Part shown: piece by piece, positions 49,601-55,600 of the stretch
Layout: each line of letters begins with the position of its first letter
Numbering within the stretch: position 1 is the stretch's first letter
Origin: a virus
Lineage: Duplodnaviria > Caudoviricetes
IMG/VR virus record: IMGVR_UViG_3300046011_010468
Location: 1 to 56,528 of that record
DNA: 56,528 bases
Reading direction: 5' to 3' (one strand)
Program-made: the position numbers and the translations under genes
Notes under the pieces: model-generated
Told to the model about the DNA's origin: nothing
The model's database searches: none
What the model saw: the letters and a program-made list of their open reading frames with translations, nothing else

Positions 49601-52600
49601 TGTTCTTCCAGACGTAGTGCGCCAGGATCTCCGGGTGCCACATGCCTTTGATGCCGGTGTAAACCTTGCCGTTCACGCTGATGGCAGGCTGGATGCCGGC
49701 ACGGTCGATGGCTTCGAGATAGACGCGGTCGGAGGCGGAGAGCGAGGTATCCTCCGCCACAGCGGCTTCGAGTTCGGCGCGGGAGGCGGCGAGGCGGTTG
49801 CTGGATGCTGGTTGCTGGATGCTGGATGCTGGTTGCCGCCCGATGCGGAGGTGGTTGGGGCCGCTGGCGAGGTTGAGGGTCTGGGTGCCGGAGACGGTGA
49901 CGCTACCGAAGCGTCCCGAGTCGAGGGTGAGGGTGCCGGTGGTTTTGTCGGCGTCTTGGACGGTGAGGGTGACATTGCCGATCTGTATCTCGTCCTCGAT
50001 TTCGAGTTCCTTGGCGAGCTGGTCGGCGGTGAAGGGCTGGCCCTGGCTGCCGGCGGCGTAGGTGGCGAAGTCCTGGGCGCTGCCGAGGTCTTCGGCGGCG
50101 CGGCGGGATTCGATGTCCTGGACACTGTCCGTGCTCTTGGCGGCGATGCGGGCATCGATGGCCTCCAAAATGGCCTGGCCGAGCGCTTCGCCGGAGTCCA
50201 CCGGCCATTGTTGCAGGGCGGCGGTGTCTTTTTCTTCGGTTTTGCCATCGCCACGGAGCGCCTGGGCGGCTTCGTCGATGTTGGAGGCGGTGCCGGGTTT
50301 AACGATGCCGTTGTCTAGCAGCCATGCAATCTTGGTGGCGGCGTCGGTGACATCGCCGGTTTTGATGCGCTGCTGGGCTTCGTAACCGCTGACGCGCTTC
50401 TTCTGCACCTTTTTGCCGGTCTTGGTGGTGACGGTGATGGTGTCGTTGTCTGCCTCTCGGTTGAGGGCATGCCACCAGTCCCAGGTGCCGGGGGTGTTGG
50501 TGGGGCCGCCGAGGCTGCCCACGCGGTCTTTGAGGTCGGAGATGATGTCTCCGCCGACGGGCGGTGGGAGGACTTTGGCGGATTCGCTGGTTTTGACGGC
50601 GAGGGAGAATTTCTTCGGGGTGAATGTGCCGTCGGGGGCGTTGGCAAACTCTTGAGCGGCTTTTTGGACTTCGGCGCGGTAAGCGCGGAGTTCTTTCCGA
50701 ATGGTGGCACCGTCTTGGAAGGTATCATCCATGATGCGCGTGACGAGCGCGTCGATGCGCTGTTGAGCGCGTTTCCCCGAAGAGTCATCGAGGAGGGCAG
50801 CGTCAAAGTCGGGACGGATGGCGAAGGCGGCGGCGGAGAGGTCGTCCTGGAACGTGATGTCCATGGGGACGGTGTTGCCGTCACTCTTGACTTTGATTTT
50901 TACCTTGCGGGGCGGCTGATTCTTGGGTGCGTTTTGCACCACGGGCGGTGCGCCTATCGCAGGGCCTTCGCTAGTGCTTCCGCGTTGTGATTGCTCGGAG
51001 GGAGGCAGTAAGCCACCCTCCATGCTTGGGCTTTGTCCGCTCCCAGTTTGACCAGGTGTTTCACCCTGTTCTTGGGAGACATTTGGCGCAGTGCCTTGTG
51101 GGTTGCGGGTTGCGTTGTTTTCATTGGGGCGGGATGACTGGGTGATGGGACGCGGGGTTTGGTCGGTGGCAAGGCCGAAGCCTTCACGGGCGTCGCTCTC
51201 GGAGCGGAGTAGGTTGGCGGTGAGGGGGAAGGTGTAATGGAGGTCGTTGAGTGCGGCCTGTTTGATGAGGATATGGTCGGTGCCTTGGGTGCTGAGGCTG
51301 CGGGTCCAGTTCTCACGCGAGTTTTCGACGTAGGCGGCGGTGGTGTCGTCCAGTTCTGTTTGGAAGTCGGCATCTTGCTCCTTCATCCAGTCGAGTTCTT
51401 CCTGGGCGGTCTGGCGCTCAGGGCTGCCTTCGAGACTGAATTCGACGCGGGCCTCGGCCATGCCCCTGCGGCTGAGGGTGTATGGGTAGCCTCCCTGGTC
51501 GCCAGAGCTGCTCTGGTCAACACCGATTCCGAGGAGGGTAAGCTGGCGGCGCTCGGTGAAGCTGATGGTGCGCCAGCCTGCGCCGGTGCGCCGACGACCA
51601 ATGCGGCCAATGGCGAGATTGAGCATGGCCTCGGCTTTATCGACGCCATAGGTTCCAGCCTGGCGGGCGGCGTTGAGTTCCTGGGTGGCGCGTTCACGCA
51701 GGAGTTCGGCGGCGTATTGCTGGGCGCGGAGACGGCGTTTCAGGGCATCGCGGGCCTGGGGGGAGCGGTTTTGCTCGGCGAGGCGGTCGCGGTTTTCGAG
51801 CGCGGCGGCCATGTCCGATGCGCGGTCGGGTTGTTCTTCGTCGGTGGTGTTTTCCTGATCGGAGAGGTCTTGGGTGGTGGGCAGGAGTCCGGACTCGCGT
51901 TGGCGGCGGGCGGCGATCTCGGCCTGCATGAGGCGTTTGCGCAGTTCGGCAGCGGCTTCGGGTGTGGCGTTGGGGGACAGCGCCAGATCGGCATTGGCCT
52001 CGCCAGCGGTGTAGGCGATGCGGCGGAGTTCGGCGAGCACGGGGCCAGGGATGGCTCCTTGGAACAGCGGTTTGCCCTCGGCCTGGGCGCGAAGCTCCGC
52101 CTGACGCAGGGCGGCGATCATGTCTGCGTGGCGCTCAGGCGGGGCGGCGGTGAAGACGTCCTGCACGGGTCCTGGCATGGACTGCACGAAGCGGGCACCG
52201 GCGAGGTCGGCCCCGGCACGGATCAGGCGGGCGTGCAGGCTGGCGAGGGTCTGGCGGGCTTTCTGTGGCTGCTGCTTGAGCAGGGCGAGGAGATCGGCAG
52301 GCGGGGACTCGGTGCGTTGGGTGAGACGGGTGACGAAGCGGGAGAGAAGCGGGGCAGATTTGGAGACTTGGAGACTTGGAGACTGGGAGAGGAGAGCACT
52401 CTGCACTTTCTGGGACACGCTGGCGTCTCCGGCCATGGCGGTGAGGAGGTGGCGGAGGAGAGCGGACTTGGGTTCCTTATTCTTGGTTCCTGGTTCCTTG
52501 TTGTTGCTGGCGCGATAGGCGCGGTAGGCGATGGACTGTAGCTCGGGGGTGAGGAGGTCGAAGGCGCGGGCCATGGCCTCGGGGGTGAGGCTGGGGTCGG

Positions 52601-55600
52601 TCTTGGCGAGGTGGTCGAACAGGACACCGCTCTGCATGGCCTGGAGGGCGATGCCAGCGGGGTCGCGCAGGTAGTCGAGGGTAGCGAGGCGGTCCTCGGT
52701 GCCTTGGCTCTTGCCTTCGTAGATGCGGAGCTGGGCGGCGATTTGATCGACCATGCCTTGCAGCTCGGCACGGAGCGGGGCATCGACCTGGCCCATGAGA
52801 TCGCGCAGGGTCTTGGAGAGATCGCGCAGCAAGTCTCGGACCCACTGGAGCAGCGAGGTGGGGGTATCGACCGTCTCGGTGATGGCCTGGGCGAAGGCCT
52901 GGTCCTGCACCAGCATGCGCAGGAACTCGTTCTGCATGTGGTATTCCTGCTGGGCGGTGAGCTTTGCGGGAAGGCTGCTCCGTCCGTAGTCGTAGGCCTG
53001 CCAGACTTTCTCACGCAGGGCCTGGGGCAGACTGCGCCACTGCTTGCGGATGGCCTCGGGGCCGTATTTCTGCGGCTGGGTGCGGGCGAGGCGCAGGACG
53101 GTGGCGTGGATGTCCTCCTCGATGCCGGTGGCGCGGATGGCATCCGCTGGATTGGCGAGGTAGTCGAAATTCGCGACGATGGCGTCGAGATCGATCATGC
53201 GGGTGATGCGTCCGTCGATCTCGGACACGGCGGTCATGGCACCATTCAAGCGACGGATGGCAGCAGGGCCGATGGCGATGGCGTCATACAGCGTGTGGTG
53301 GCGCTGGAGGCTGTCTTCCAAAGCAGCGAAGGCCTGGCGTGCCCAGGCTTTCTTTGATGGGTCTTTGATGCGTGCCAAGGCGAGGAGCTTGGCGCGGGAG
53401 TAGGCGCTGTTTTTCCGCAGCGGCGACTTACTCTTGATGCTGAGGTCCGGCCCCATGCGGGCAGCGCTGGGATCGGGGCTGGATGCTGGGGGCTGGTTGC
53501 TCGATGCTGGAGGGACGCGGTTGGAGGTGTCGGTGCGGTCACCGCTGGCGAGCGGGATGTCGGATTTTGATTTGTCGCCGAAGTGGTTGGCGGCGGCGGC
53601 ATTGGCGCGTTCGGTGGTTTTCCAGCCGAGTTTCAATTCGAGGGCCTGACGCAGTTCGGTGTGGGTCTTGGAGCCGGTGAGGTCGGCGACAATCGCGGCG
53701 GCCTGGGCATCGGTGATCTCCTTGTTGGTGAGGGCGGTGTTGATGGCGTCGAACACTGCCTTCGTGGGCTGGCCGGGGATGGCGTCGTCGAGCGCCTTCT
53801 GGAGGGCGGGCGGCAGTGTGGGATCGAGCGGACGGCCGAGTGACTCGGCTTTCTGCTTGGCGGCTGCGGCTTTGGCCTCAGCTTCCTTGCGGGCCTGCTC
53901 GATCTTGTCGGAGGCGGGTTTAGCCGGACTTTGGCTAGACGCGGGTTGGCTAGGTGTTGCTCCAGAGAACCGGAGGGGGTCGGTTTTGGACTTGGTGAGG
54001 GCTTTGCTGCCGGTGATGCCGAGTTCGGCGAAGAGGGCGTCGCGCTGGGGGCCGGCGAGTTTGTTGAAGTCGTCGAAGGTCTTGCCGGTGACCTGCGGGT
54101 GCGCGGCGAGGGCTTTGGCGGCGGCAGCGGCTTCCTGGTCGGGCATGTAACGGTCCACGAGCCAGTCGGCGAGGGACTTTTCCAGCGTGGGGACGGCGGT
54201 GGGGTCGGGGCTGGAGGCTGGTTGCTGGATGCTGGATGCTGGATCGGCTACCGGAGCGCCAGACTGTGCAGGAGGCTGCCCGCTTGATGTCGGCTGAGTC
54301 CCATTGACAGCAGGTGCTTGAACTGGGCTTGGGTTGGCATTTCCGCCAGTTCCAGCCGGAGTTGCTGGCGCTGGGCCGGGTTGAGATTGCTGAGGTCCGG
54401 GAGCGGAGGTTGCTGGTTGCTGGTTGCTGGATGCTGATTGTTGGGCATAACGGTTGCGGGTCTGAGTCTCGGTGCCTGGAATGGCATCGGCGACGGCGTC
54501 GAGCTTGTGTTTACGGAGTAGGGCGACGTAAGCGTCTTTGATGATGGGTCGTCCGCCTTTGTCGATGTCGAGGATGGCGATAGGGTTTCCTGCTTCATCA
54601 ACGGGGCCTTTGAAGTCTTTGAGCGGCTTGAAGGTGTCGCCATCACGGGTCCAGCCGACAGCGTTCAGATCGGATTCTTCGACATCGAACAGTTCTCCGC
54701 CTTGGGCGAGGCTGAGAACCACGCCGGCGCGGCGCTTCATTTGTTCGAGGGTGGCGACGTCCACGCCGTCGAATTGCATGTTCTCGATGGCGAATTCGGC
54801 CATCGCGGTGGTTTCGGGGAGGTTGGCGCGGTTGGTGGGGGCGTATTTGTCCACGCGGCTGCCCTGGAAGGCGCTGATGCCCTCCCCTGCCCCGCCGAGG
54901 GCCATGGTGGCGACGGCGAACTCTGGCAAGGTCTTGAGGAATTCAGCGAGCGCCTTGCGTCCGGCGGTGGGGTCATCGGGATGGCTGGCAGCGCCGGACT
55001 GCCAGGTGGAGAAAATTTCGTCAGGCAGTTCTTCAAGCGCAAATTCACGCAGGCCGCCTTCAAAGAACTTCTGGCCGACAAATCCGAGGCGCTTCATCTG
55101 CGTCTCGAACTGTTTGGCGAACAGTGCCTTGGCCGAGGCGGGATTGACGAGTAGGCGCTCCACACCAGAGGCTCCGCCCAAGGCGGTGAGGGCGGCTGTG
55201 ACGCCGGCGGAAAGGATGGCTGGCATCTGTGCCATGCGCAGCGCGTCCGGGTGTTCGATGCCCTGGCGGCGTAAGTTGCCGTAGATGTCGGAGATTTGCG
55301 CACCGTAGGTTTGAGAACCGCCAGCGAGCGATGCACCGGCGAGGCCTGCGCGGGTAAGGGTCTGGGTAGCCTTCACTGCCTGGGCGGCGGTGTTGCTGCC
55401 TTCGAGCACGGCGGCGAGCGCGGGGAAAAGTCGAGATCCAGCACCGGTGGCAGCGAGGCCACGGATTCCCCATTGGGCGAGTTTCGCACCACCAGCCGCT
55501 GGAAGGATGGAGGTGGCGACCTCTGGGGTCATTTCGAGCAAACCGGCGCGGAGGAAGTTCTCGGAGGCGGACCCGTAGAGTTCCTTGCTTGTCTGCATGG

